A stretch of DNA of 64,000 nucleotides from an uncultured bacterium (GCA_963719425.1 OY970382.1:455100-519099); one strand, 5' to 3'. Shown: positions 46,713-56,111, counted from the first letter of the stretch. Translations and numbers: made by a program. The notes: a model not told the origin generated them from the letters alone.

Positions 46713-46835
46713 GAACCGCCGCCTTGCCTCGGGAACGCTCGTGGTGGATTTCAAAAAACCCTTTTCCTCTCTGGCCGAAACGCACGAGAAGACGCGAAGC
46801 GTCCAAAATATTTTTGAGCTGAATAAACTTTGGTG
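46713..46835. repeat. IR1-R (inverted partner of 45151..45273), immediately upstream of the recombinase start
   Basis: Reverse-complement identity. Confidence 0.85.
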
Positions 46836-47131
46836 GTGTTTGTATCATAGCGTTCGGACGCATTTCAAGCAAAATTCCTGATCTGCTACCCCTGCAATTA
46901 CCCCTGCAAACCGGATTGCAGGGGTAGTCAATTGGGTAGTCAATCACAATTGACTGGCCTTTCCTGCGTTTTATGAAGATGCTACCTATCTTTTTGAGAG
47001 AACTCTGACCCCCGACAATACCCCCGAATGGGTCTGTTCAGCCCCCTCAGCCACTCGCACTACATAAGCCAAAATGTTGCTCGTGTCTTCGGGGGCTTCA
47101 CCTCGTCCGGCGTGCCTACAATTCCTCCCCC
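46833..47131. repeat. IR2-L: 299-bp inverted repeat (partner 49252..49550); contains multiple short sub-repeats/palindromes (TACCCCTGCAA x2, TTGCAGGGGTA, GTAGTCAATTG / CAATTGACT)
   Basis: Block-by-block reverse-complement comparison shows near-identity (1 mismatch seen); contiguous with IR1-R. Confidence 0.85.
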
Positions 47132-47168
47132 TGCTTTTTAGCCTACCACAATATCCAAAGTTTGGATA

Positions 47169-47420
47169 TTGATTTTTTGGATGGATGATTTAGAGTATAT
47201 GAGTAAGTCCATCCAAACAAAGGAGTACGCCTATTTTGTCGAGCGATTGCGGAAAGCCAGATTAGACGCAGGGCTAACGCAATTGCAGGTTGCAAAGAAG
47301 ATAGGCCGTCCGCAGTCGCACATCTCGAACATCGAATCAGGGCAACAGAGGGTGGATGTAATCGAGCTAAAGCGGTTTGCGAAGTTGTACAGGAAAAGCA
47401 TCGGATATTTTATAAAATGA
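47169..47420 (+). CDS. XRE-family HTH transcriptional regulator
   Basis: 'LTQLQVAKKIGRPQSHISNIESGQQRVDVIELKRFAKLY' is a Cro/C1-type HTH. Confidence 0.7.
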   Translation: MIFWMDDLEYMSKSIQTKEYAYFVERLRKARLDAGLTQLQVAKKIGRPQSHISNIESGQQRVDVIELKRFAKLYRKSIGYFIK

Positions 47421-48538
47421 AAAACCAAAAAGGCTCCATCCAAATACCGTTACTAATCGCAATCATTGCGTGTGTTTTAATTATTGGAGTTGGCGGCTAT
47501 GTGATTGGTATAAAACAGCATCAAAACAATCTAGTTGGGAACAATGGAAAAGAACAGCAAACGCAGGCATCGACAACAGATCAACGAACAAGCGCAGAAA
47601 GTATTACTAAAACTAGTACCCAATCGGGTGATTTAATCAGTCCCCAAATTAGTGGCAAGAAAACTCCAACTCAAGAAACAATCATAACGCCAAGTCTAAA
47701 AACCACACCATCATCATCTATAGGATACATCTCACAAGAAACAACTTTGTATTCCTTAACAGTAAATCAATCTGGTGTAACAAACTTAGTATTCATAAAA
47801 ACGCTATCGAGAGGAACCCAAGTTACCTTAATGAATGACATCTACAAAGACTGGTCAAAGATCATGGTTGATAATCAAGAAGGCTGGGTTTTCACTACAG
47901 ATTTAGTTAATGATGAACCATCGACTCCATTGCCAACTCTGATTAAACAATGGCGGCCAATTGTAGCTTATGTGGAATGTGATTTTCGTGATACTAATAC
48001 CCACGAACTTTATTTGCAAGTGCAGGGATCGGGAGTAGCGATGGATTTTAACGGACAAATTACTGTTGTTACAAACAGACACGTCATTGTCGACCAAAAT
48101 GGGTATCAACCATATATTTGTAGAGCGAAACTACCAGACGACAGCGCGATATTTACAGGCCAGAAATTTACAGGCGGAGGATCAATTGATATTGGATTAA
48201 TTGATATAAATAACCCCGACGAGTACATAAAAAGCTTAACTTCCTCACAAGTGACTCCGATGGATTTTTGTAGACAAAAACCTTCTCTAGGTGACGAGAC
48301 CATTATTTTGGGCTATCCAAGCATAGGGTCACAAACCGATATTACGGCAACGGAAGGTATCATTTCTGGTTATGATGGCGATTACTTCATAACTTCTGCA
48401 AAGATAGATCACGGGAATTCAGGTGGAGCGGCTATATTAGAAAAGGGTAATTGTTATCTGGGAATCCCATCTTTTGCAGTGGCTGGGAGCATTGAATCCT
48501 TATCAAGAATTTTGGATATAAATGCGGCGTTGCGATAG
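47417..48538 (+). CDS. Membrane-anchored trypsin-like (S1-family) serine protease with an SH3b-like domain
   Basis: N-terminal TM (IPLLIAIIACVLIIGVGGYVIG), Ser/Thr/Gln-rich linker, SH3b-like 'YSLTVNQSGVTNLVFIKTLSRGTQVTLMNDIYKDWSKIMVDNQEGWVFTTDLV', protease triad His ('VTNRHVI'), Asp ('DIGLIDI'), Ser ('DHGNSGGA'). Confidence 0.65.
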   Translation: MKNQKGSIQIPLLIAIIACVLIIGVGGYVIGIKQHQNNLVGNNGKEQQTQASTTDQRTSAESITKTSTQSGDLISPQISGKKTPTQETIITPSLKTTPSSSIGYISQETTLYSLTVNQSGVTNLVFIKTLSRGTQVTLMNDIYKDWSKIMVDNQEGWVFTTDLVNDEPSTPLPTLIKQWRPIVAYVECDFRDTNTHELYLQVQGSGVAMDFNGQITVVTNRHVIVDQNGYQPYICRAKLPDDSAIFTGQKFTGGGSIDIGLIDINNPDEYIKSLTSSQVTPMDFCRQKPSLGDETIILGYPSIGSQTDITATEGIISGYDGDYFITSAKIDHGNSGGAAILEKGNCYLGIPSFAVAGSIESLSRILDINAALR

Positions 48539-48575
48539 TATTTTTTAAATTAAGACAACTAAACAGTTTATATTC

Positions 48576-49196
48576 ATGCTAGATCAAGAGACGCTAAATC
48601 GCTTTATTCACAACGCCAATGTTGCACATCAACAATTCTGCGTTTGGATGTATACGAATAACGAGTTTGCAAAACATCGAGACGATTGGAATAAAATAGC
48701 TGAACCAAGAAAACTTTTTGCAATAGAGGAATTTTCGCGGGATAAAGGATGCAAGTACAAAAACTTTTGGGGCGTGGTAATTTTTTCGCTTCAGCGTGGG
48801 TGGATTTTATCTTTGGCACGGCTGTTTGATCCGTCCTACCATTCACACGATAAGAAAAGAGAGAAGCCGCGATTATCTTTAAATTACATACTGGAATTAC
48901 TTGGCGATGTTTCTCTTGCTCAATCGATTCGTGGCAAATTTAAAAAACACCAGCAAACGATTCAATCGCTAAAGACACAGCGAGACAATTTCATCGCTCA
49001 TAACGATGTGAATTTCAAAGGTACAAAAATTAAAGCGGGTGTAGAAAACTTGTTTGAGGAGTTAAATGAAGCTGTTTCGGATATCAAGCGGAGCAAGAAA
49101 CATCTCGCAAGTTGCGACGATATCAATCTTAAATATACGGAAGTTTTGTCTCGCTGTGGCGTAGATGAAGTTTTTGAGGCATTATTGAGAAGTTAG
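48576..49196 (+). CDS. Hypothetical protein with a possible HEPN (AbiU2-like) Rx4-6H motif
   Basis: 'TQRDNFIAHNDVNF' (R-x5-H-N-D) in an otherwise helical ~200-aa protein; AT-rich gene. Confidence 0.35.
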   Translation: MLDQETLNRFIHNANVAHQQFCVWMYTNNEFAKHRDDWNKIAEPRKLFAIEEFSRDKGCKYKNFWGVVIFSLQRGWILSLARLFDPSYHSHDKKREKPRLSLNYILELLGDVSLAQSIRGKFKKHQQTIQSLKTQRDNFIAHNDVNFKGTKIKAGVENLFEELNEAVSDIKRSKKHLASCDDINLKYTEVLSRCGVDEVFEALLRS

Positions 49197-49251
49197 CCCG
49201 CTTCGCGGGCAAAAAGCTTGAACTCCCGCGAGGACGTGCCAAAAGGAGGTT

Positions 49252-49550
49252 GGGGGAGGAATTGTAGGCACGCCGGACGAGGTGAAGCCCCCGAAGACAC
49301 GAGCAACATTTTGGCTTATGTAGTGCGAGTGGCTGAGGGGGCTGAACAGACCCATTCGGGGGTATTGTCGGGGGTCAGAGTTCTCTCAAAAAGATAGGTA
49401 GCATCTTCATAAAACGCAGGAAAGGCCAGTCAATTGTGATTGACTACCCAATTGACTACCCCTGCAATCCGGTTTGCAGGGGTAATTGCAGGGGTAGCAG
49501 ATCAGGAATTTTGCTTGAAATGCGTCCGAACACTATGATACAAACACCAC
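49252..49550. repeat. IR2-R (inverted partner of 46833..47131); right end of the element
   Basis: Reverse-complement identity. Confidence 0.85.
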
Positions 49551-50062
49551 AGAAAAATAAAGGACCGCGACGCGAACGTGCGGTCCCCACAGAGTGGAAA
49601 AAAGGGATAGGGTAACTATACCCTCAGGTCGAGCCGAGGAGGGGTAGCGTAACGGATGGCACAATCGGTCAACGCCCCGAAAAGGGTATACACTTGAATG
49701 ACGTTTTCCACAGACACCCTCTGGCGTTCGCGAATGGCGCAAAGGATCCCCACAGTGGATGCAACCTCCTCCTGCACCACCGCGAGAGATTTGCCTTCTC
49801 TCTCCCTCTCTTCGAAAAACCTCCTGAAGGTGAGAGTCGTTTCCGAACCATCAACTGCGGCAAGTCCTCCACCACAAAGAAATTGAATTGCTTCGCCGAG
49901 AGTCCCATCGTCGATCGTTTCTTCCTCTTGAAATCTTTTGACCCTCGACGAAATGTGTAAACAAAAAAACGCGATCCTTGATGACATATTCCTCTCAAAC
50001 GCCGCGAAAGTGCTGGCTGTCGTCAAGTATTAACTATCGGAAAGACAATTTCAAGGTATCTC

Positions 50063-50710
50063 TCACAGCCCGAGCGGTTGGCCGGTGAAAATCTGGAAGA
50101 AGAAATTGACGAGAGGCATGAGGAGTTGGAACCCGAAGAAAACAAAGATGAGGACGAGGAACAACCCCCAGCGCTCCAAGAAATACATCACGCGGTAAGT
50201 TGCCTGCGTTTGCGGGAGCGCGGCGAAGAGCACGCGCGAACCGTCCAGGGGTGGAATGGGAACGAGGTTGAAAATGCCGAGAAGGATGTTGATAAACACG
50301 ACAACCGCAAGGAAGGAAAGAAATGCGTCGGAAACGAATGGGAAATAACTCAACACGCGAATGATGATCCCGAAGATCGCGGCGATGAGCAGGTTCGTGC
50401 CCGGTCCCGCGAGCGCGATTTTGACCGAACCGGTCCGCGGATTTTTGAGATTGCGCGGATCGTAGGGCACGGGCTTCGCGGCGGCAAAAAAGAATGCGCC
50501 GCCGGAGGCAATATAAAGGAAAATGGGCAGAAGAACCGAACCGAATGGATCCAGATGCTTCAAGGGATTGAGCGTGAGGCGTCCGGCGTTCCGCGCCGTG
50601 GGATCCCCCAGCCGCTCCGCCTCATAACCGTGCGCGATCTCGTGCAATACCGCCGAAAAGAGCAGGACGATAAATTCAAATATAACGATTGCAACGCCCA
50701 TGGGCCTCAT
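50063..50710 (-). CDS. Site-2 protease family (peptidase M50) intramembrane metalloprotease
   Basis: HExxH ('LHEIAHGY') in a TM helix and 'FNLVPIPPLDGSRV' M50 motif. Start placed at internal MRPMGV because the longer tracked ORF overlaps tRNA-Arg. Confidence 0.7.
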   Translation of the reverse strand: MRPMGVAIVIFEFIVLLFSAVLHEIAHGYEAERLGDPTARNAGRLTLNPLKHLDPFGSVLLPIFLYIASGGAFFFAAAKPVPYDPRNLKNPRTGSVKIALAGPGTNLLIAAIFGIIIRVLSYFPFVSDAFLSFLAVVVFINILLGIFNLVPIPPLDGSRVLFAALPQTQATYRVMYFLERWGLFLVLIFVFFGFQLLMPLVNFFFQIFTGQPLGL

Positions 50711-50830
50711 TGTACCATTGTGGAGGAAGGCACGTCTGCGCAGCATCCTCCGCGCAGCGCCGAATGGCGCGATGGCGCCTGCGTGGCACGGCACAGCGCT
50801 CACGACGTCACGCACTTTCCTTTCCCGCCT

Positions 50831-50903
50831 GCGCCCGTAGCTCAACGGATAGAGCGCGTGGCTTCGAACCACGAGGTTTGGGGTTCAAATCCTCACGGGC
50901 GCG
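50831..50903 (+). tRNA. tRNA-Arg (anticodon UCG)
   Basis: GCGCCCG TA GCTC AACGGAT AGAGC G CGTGG CTTCGAA CCACG AGGTT TGGGG TTCAAAT CCTCA CGGGCGC G. Confidence 0.8.
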
Positions 50904-50972
50904 CACTTCGGAGATTAAAAAATCATTAAAGAACTTTTGACATTGCGCGATTTTCGCCTACGCTTATGAGCA

Positions 50973-51320
50973 ATGCCGGAGATTACGCTTAATCAGCTTG
51001 CGGAGAATATTGAAAGGCGATTTGACGCTATTGATCTGCGCTTTGAGGCGATGGCTAAACGGTTTGATGCGATGGACCAGCGCTTTGGTGCGATGGACGC
51101 ACAAATTGAGAAGCTGGCGACCGCGGCGCAATCGGAATTCATGACCATCCACAAAGAAATGACTGCCATGGACAACCGCCTCTCGTATGCCATCGGACAA
51201 GTTGACGCCCATCTTTCCGCCTACGCCACACAGTGGAACAGAGAATCCGAAAACCTCCGTAGGTGGACGGGGGAACTTGAAGGCCGGCTCACGCTGCTTG
51301 AACGAAAGCAGGTGTCATAA
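50973..51320 (+). CDS. Hypothetical coiled-coil protein with an 'RFDA(I/M)D' heptad-like repeat
   Basis: 'RFDAIDLRFEAMAKRFDAMDQRFGAMDAQIEKL'. Confidence 0.4.
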   Translation: MPEITLNQLAENIERRFDAIDLRFEAMAKRFDAMDQRFGAMDAQIEKLATAAQSEFMTIHKEMTAMDNRLSYAIGQVDAHLSAYATQWNRESENLRRWTGELEGRLTLLERKQVS

Positions 51321-51369
51321 GTGAAAAACGTCCGGACCCGACCGGTGGATTTGTCCACAGGCCGCCGCT

Positions 51370-51927
51370 TTGCGCAGCAGCACTGTCCACAGGTGCCGCT
51401 TTTGCCACGCAGCGGCTTCTTGTATAATAGAGGAAACAATGAAGCTTGAGAAAAAGACGGCGGTTTTGATCATCGTGGGGGTCGTGATCTTTGCGGCGAT
51501 CATTGTATGTGCATATTTGTACGGGCCATCATGGCCAACGATGCCCCAAGCGACCGGTCCCGCGCCTGTCCACGCCCCGCAGGGGCAGGTGGTTGCGGGT
51601 TTCCCCAAAGATCTCATCCTGGACAGCGAGGTGCAGGTGGCGAACAGCTACACCGTCCATTATTCCTCAAACATGCATCAGTACACCGTGCAGTGGAACT
51701 CCTCAAGCTCGGTGGCAAGCATCTATAACAACTACCTCGGGTACCTCCCAACGCACGGCTGGACGATCATGAACCGGTTCACCGCGCGCCCCGACCTGCG
51801 CGGCCTCTACGCGACCGAAACTAACACCACATCATCGGCCAACGTGAACGTCACAATCGCAGTGCGGGGCATGGGGTCACAGGTAAGCGTGAACTACGCG
51901 GTGACGGAGAATCCAATGGCGAAATAA
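51370..51927 (+). CDS. Hypothetical membrane-anchored extracytoplasmic protein
   Basis: N-terminal TM (TAVLIIVGVVIFAAIIVCAYLY) then a soluble domain. Confidence 0.4.
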   Translation: MRSSTVHRCRFCHAAASCIIEETMKLEKKTAVLIIVGVVIFAAIIVCAYLYGPSWPTMPQATGPAPVHAPQGQVVAGFPKDLILDSEVQVANSYTVHYSSNMHQYTVQWNSSSSVASIYNNYLGYLPTHGWTIMNRFTARPDLRGLYATETNTTSSANVNVTIAVRGMGSQVSVNYAVTENPMAK

Positions 51928-51928
51928 C

Positions 51929-53257
51929 ATGAAAAGGATCTGGTTCATCATAGTGGTTGCGGTGTTCACGCTTTCTTCTTTATTTTTGCTTTCCGTTTCC
52001 CGTGTCGCCTTCGCCGCCGCCGGTGGGTGCGGTTTTAAGATATCCCCGACCGGCGTCACCGTCATCGCTGGAGGAACCGCGACGGTGACAGAAAGTTTTT
52101 CGTGCTCGCCCGTTCCAAAAGGCGACATGGCAACCGACGATGTTACGAACAGCGCCGCCGACCCCTCCATCTTTTACGTGGATCCTGGCAGCTGCTCTAT
52201 CGTGATGGGGAATAATTGCACGGTAACCATCTATGGAGAAAGCGTCGGCACGTCCATTATGACCGCGAACTCCAATATTGCAACGGATTGGCAGGGGTCC
52301 TATACCAAAACCGACACCATTTCTGTTACCGTCACCCCTGCCCCCACCAGCGACATCCTCCCCGCCATGATTTCAATTGACAGCGCTACCGTGAGTGCGG
52401 GTTTGCTCGCGGTGTCCGGCAAGGCAATGGGGCCCTTAATAACACAAGGGCAAGAATGTCCCCAACCCTCAGTCGTAGTAGAAGACGAAGAGGCACTTCC
52501 TCTCATGAATCCGACCTACGCCATAGACGGGGGGTCAAGCACAGCGTTTTCTTTTACGCAGGTGCAGAAGGGCATCGATCAGCCGTGCGGCTCCGCCACC
52601 ACACCAGCCAGACCTTACGAATACTCGTTTTCTTTTAATGTGGATGTGAGCAGTCTTGCTCCCGGCACTCACATGATCACAGTTTGCGCGACGGATGGCG
52701 AAGACCCTGCCGTGTGTGCTTCGAAAACGTTTTCTATCTCTGGCGGAACGATTATCGTCAATTCGGTAAATACTAATGGCCAGCCAGTTGCCGCATCGTG
52801 GACGCTCTTCGGCCCGGTCAACCCTTGCAGCGGATATGGAGGGTCATGCAGCAACGTGTCCCAAGCAACGTATACTAACGTGCCAAGCGGAGGCTATGCC
52901 TTGGATCCCAGCGGCATCCCTTCGGGGTACAGCGATTACACTATTTCCCCGTGCGGTGCCACCGACACTTCCTGCGGGTGGCAGGTCACGAACGGCGGCA
53001 CGTTGACCTTTACTATTGTGTGGTCGGCGAAGCCAATTCTCGCCGCGTCGTGGGGCAGTTGCGGCTCTAACGTACAATCGCTCCAAGAGACCTGGCCGGC
53101 CAACAGCCAGCAAAGCCTCTCGTTTTGCGTATGGAATGCCGGGCCAACGAGTTCAATTCTGACTGGCGTACGCTGCACACAAGGAACAGCCCCAACGGGC
53201 AGCTCGTTGTCTATAATTTGTAATTTCGGGTCGTTAAGCGGCACGGGGGGAGATTAA
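51929..53257 (+). CDS. Secreted protein with Ig-like/beta-sandwich domains
   Basis: Signal peptide (MKRIWFIIVVAVFTLSSLFLLSVSRVAFA); Thr/Ser/Gly-rich beta-strand composition, multiple Cys. Confidence 0.45.
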   Translation: MKRIWFIIVVAVFTLSSLFLLSVSRVAFAAAGGCGFKISPTGVTVIAGGTATVTESFSCSPVPKGDMATDDVTNSAADPSIFYVDPGSCSIVMGNNCTVTIYGESVGTSIMTANSNIATDWQGSYTKTDTISVTVTPAPTSDILPAMISIDSATVSAGLLAVSGKAMGPLITQGQECPQPSVVVEDEEALPLMNPTYAIDGGSSTAFSFTQVQKGIDQPCGSATTPARPYEYSFSFNVDVSSLAPGTHMITVCATDGEDPAVCASKTFSISGGTIIVNSVNTNGQPVAASWTLFGPVNPCSGYGGSCSNVSQATYTNVPSGGYALDPSGIPSGYSDYTISPCGATDTSCGWQVTNGGTLTFTIVWSAKPILAASWGSCGSNVQSLQETWPANSQQSLSFCVWNAGPTSSILTGVRCTQGTAPTGSSLSIICNFGSLSGTGGD

Positions 53258-53325
53258 AGTGAGCCCCCACGCTCTCGCAAGCGTAGGGGCTACTAGAAAC
53301 ATCCAAGCAGTAGGCGGGCAGATCC

Positions 53326-55491
53326 CTACTGCGGAAGGATGTAATCGGGGATATAATCGGCAACAACGGCGCAGTTAATGCCGTTGAGTGATCCCCTGCC
53401 AAAGAGCAAGTCGTGGATTTTTCCGTCCATGCCGTTATAGTACACCGATCCGCTCCAAGTGTAGATGGGACCCCCGGGAGCGTGCGGCAGATCAACCCGC
53501 AGCGCCCAAAAAATGGGGGTGGAATACCCCGGGGTCGGACTCCCGTACCACGAAACGACCCCGGCGTCGGTGTTAGAACTTGTGCTACCGACCACCGGAG
53601 CGAGAGCCCCAAGAACATCCCCTCCGCCCCACGGATTTGGGACGGCACCTTCGGCCGTGTTGATGGTGCCATCGTTATTTCCGTCCCATACTGCAAAGAA
53701 CCATGGAGCATATGGGTCTATCAGGTTGTCAACGATTGGCGTGCTGTCCAAACCGAATCGAGAATCCGTCGCCGATGCCTTAACTTGACCCCCGGACAGT
53801 AACTGATCGCCGGCACCGTTCAAGAATAGCTTGGCATGGTACACAGAATCGCCGGTTTGGTCGTTTATCAGTTGACCGTCGTGCGTATAGAGAAGCAAGC
53901 CATCGCTTGTTAGGTTCCCGCTGACGGTGAATACATCAGCTCGAACGCCGATATATCCCGGCTCCACATCCACCCCCGTGAGAACAATCGGGAAGGAGGC
54001 AGCCACCGGAAAATTGCCTATCGGCGTGCCCATGCTCGTGTAGGTGTATATCCAGCTTCCGGTGTTTACGCAACTGGAGCTGGAGGAGCCTGGGGGACAG
54101 TCGCCGTTGACTCCGAGGTATACGTTGTTGGAGGAGTCAACCTTGATCATGGCGCCTTCCGTGCGCGTCCCCGTCGCGGTCTGGAGGTCGGGGACGAAGT
54201 TGCTCACCTGGACCGCGCTGCCATTGAGGGTTACCTGCAGCAGCATGGCCCGGTTCACCCCGTTCTTATCCGCTTCGGAACCCGCTACGTACCAAGCGCT
54301 TGGCCCCGCAGCTATTGAATTGATCGACGAGGTGACTGAATCAGTCCAAACATCCGAGCAACTCTTGTTCGCTGGATCGCAGAGCACAAGCCCGGCGACG
54401 TTGGCGTCGGCGGTGCGCGCGTCGGCTGCCAGAACTTTCGTTCCATCAGCCGAAAGTGCCCCCGCTGCCGTCATTCGAGCGGGCGCTCCGTTGGGGGTGA
54501 GGCGGAAAACCCAAGAAAAGCCAACATTGACGGTTGTAGTGCCAATGGTGGCTCCATCCGCCCCGGTTGCCCGGATAGTGACAGTGGTGAAACCTGGCAA
54601 CCCCTGCGGAGGGGTGTAGGTCGCACTGTCCTCGTTAGGCTCACTCGCCGCACTTGCAACAAAACTTCCCATCCCCGCCGGCACTGTATCCCAGGTCACC
54701 GTCGAAGGGAATGTACCGTTTCCCTCCACGGTCGCCGTGAACACATACGTCATGTTCATGGCGAGCGGGACCGGACCGGACGGCGAAGCGGTGACGTTGG
54801 TTAGCTGACCCAACTGGACTGTAATTTTCGCTGTCGTCGATCCCGCGTCGTTCGTGGCCGTGAGATCAATCTCTGTATTCCACGTAGTAGGAGTCGTCGT
54901 TGGCGCCGTGTAGCTCACCGAGCTGGACGCAACAACGCACGATCCCAAAGCTGAAGCGACAGAACAGGTCACTTTCGTTGGGTTTTCGGTGGTTGTGAAC
55001 CCGACCGTTGCTACCTGTCCCAAGAACACGTTAACACTCGGGAGAAGCGGCGTGACCGTCGGTAAAGGCTCGGTCACCGTCAAACCAACCGAAACGCTGT
55101 GCGTCAGCGTCCCGGAAGCGCCGGTAACCGAGAATGTGTACTTCCCCGTGGCCACGCTGCTGCCGACATTTATCGTAAGAGTAGATGAACCACCGGGAAC
55201 GATAGATGTCGAAGAAAACGTTGTGGCCACGCCTGAGGGCAAATTGGAGACAGACAGCGCAATCGAACCGCTGAATCCTCCGATCGCCGTGGCTGTCACC
55301 GTGCAGGTGCCGCTCGCGCCCTGCTGGATGGATGTCGTGCCCTGCTGGGATGGACACGAGACCGCAAGTGAGAAGTCCGGCGCGGGTTCAAAAATGCCAC
55401 TTCCTCCCCCGCCGCACCCTACGATCAGCTCTAGGAGGCTGATCAGAGAGACAAACACCACTATCCTTACAACAACGCTCGTGCTTCTCAT
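53326..55491 (-). CDS. Large secreted surface protein (721 aa) with Ig-like repeats
   Basis: Signal peptide; repeated 'TxTVTxTA' beta-rich segments; Gly/Ser/Thr/Val-rich. Confidence 0.45.
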   Translation of the reverse strand: MRSTSVVVRIVVFVSLISLLELIVGCGGGGSGIFEPAPDFSLAVSCPSQQGTTSIQQGASGTCTVTATAIGGFSGSIALSVSNLPSGVATTFSSTSIVPGGSSTLTINVGSSVATGKYTFSVTGASGTLTHSVSVGLTVTEPLPTVTPLLPSVNVFLGQVATVGFTTTENPTKVTCSVASALGSCVVASSSVSYTAPTTTPTTWNTEIDLTATNDAGSTTAKITVQLGQLTNVTASPSGPVPLAMNMTYVFTATVEGNGTFPSTVTWDTVPAGMGSFVASAASEPNEDSATYTPPQGLPGFTTVTIRATGADGATIGTTTVNVGFSWVFRLTPNGAPARMTAAGALSADGTKVLAADARTADANVAGLVLCDPANKSCSDVWTDSVTSSINSIAAGPSAWYVAGSEADKNGVNRAMLLQVTLNGSAVQVSNFVPDLQTATGTRTEGAMIKVDSSNNVYLGVNGDCPPGSSSSSCVNTGSWIYTYTSMGTPIGNFPVAASFPIVLTGVDVEPGYIGVRADVFTVSGNLTSDGLLLYTHDGQLINDQTGDSVYHAKLFLNGAGDQLLSGGQVKASATDSRFGLDSTPIVDNLIDPYAPWFFAVWDGNNDGTINTAEGAVPNPWGGGDVLGALAPVVGSTSSNTDAGVVSWYGSPTPGYSTPIFWALRVDLPHAPGGPIYTWSGSVYYNGMDGKIHDLLFGRGSLNGINCAVVADYIPDYILPQ

Positions 55492-55661
55492 CGCTTTTTA
55501 CCTCCGGCCAGCCTCCTACGGCTGACCATCATATTCTAAACGTTGCGGGCTCCCTCAACCTACGAGAGTTACCCGAAACTATCTATACTATACCAGTTTC
55601 CGCGCAGAAAGTCAAAAGTCGGAAAAACGCGAATTTGATGGTAAATTGAACATGTAAACCT

Positions 55662-56111
55662 ATGGACTGCATCTTCTGCAAAATAGCAAAAGGAGAGGCG
55701 CCTGCGCATACGATATGGGAGGATGAAAAACATTTGGCGTTCCTCTCTATTTTCCCCAATACAGAAGGCTTCTCGGTGGTGATTACGAAGGAACACTTTC
55801 CAAGCTATCCTTTTGATTTACCTGAGGAGATATTGGTCGGACTGCTTTTGGCGACGAAGAAAGTCGCGAAGCTTTTGGATGACAAGCTTGATGATGTCGG
55901 GCGGACCGGTATGATTTTTGAAGGTTTTGGTGTTGACCATGTGCATGCAAAACTTTTTCCCATGCACGGTACAAAAATGCCGGAATGGAAACCGCTCAAG
56001 TCAAAGATCAATAAATACTTTGAGAAGTATGAGGGCTATATCTCATCTCATGATTACAAGCGTGCCGATGATGAAAAGTTAGCGCGGCTCGCGGAGAAGA
56101 TCAGGAGCTGA
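55662..56111 (+). CDS. HIT-superfamily (histidine triad-like) protein
   Basis: 'MDCIFCKIAKGEAPAHTIWEDEKHLAFLSIFPNTEGF' and 'GFGVDHVHAKLFPMHG'. Confidence 0.6.
   Translation: MDCIFCKIAKGEAPAHTIWEDEKHLAFLSIFPNTEGFSVVITKEHFPSYPFDLPEEILVGLLLATKKVAKLLDDKLDDVGRTGMIFEGFGVDHVHAKLFPMHGTKMPEWKPLKSKINKYFEKYEGYISSHDYKRADDEKLARLAEKIRS

Larger units (their letters stand above)
45151..49550. mobile_element. Putative ~4.4-kb integrative element inserted at the 3' end of tRNA-Ala: serine recombinase module plus an AT-richer 3-gene cargo, organised by two inverted-repeat pairs
   Basis: Left junction is tRNA...GGTCCACCA|AAGTTT. Right junction is ...CAAACACCAC|AGAAAAA. An intact inverted junction CAAACACCACCAAAGTTT lies internally at ~46818-46835. 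The cargo is visibly AT-richer than the flanks. A large serine recombinase gene abuts the tRNA. Confidence 0.6.

Noticed and set aside
50078-50929. 283-aa + strand ORF covering the M50 protease gene and tRNA-Arg
   Set aside because: Antisense to a well-supported M50 protease and runs through a tRNA gene; highly charged low-complexity product.
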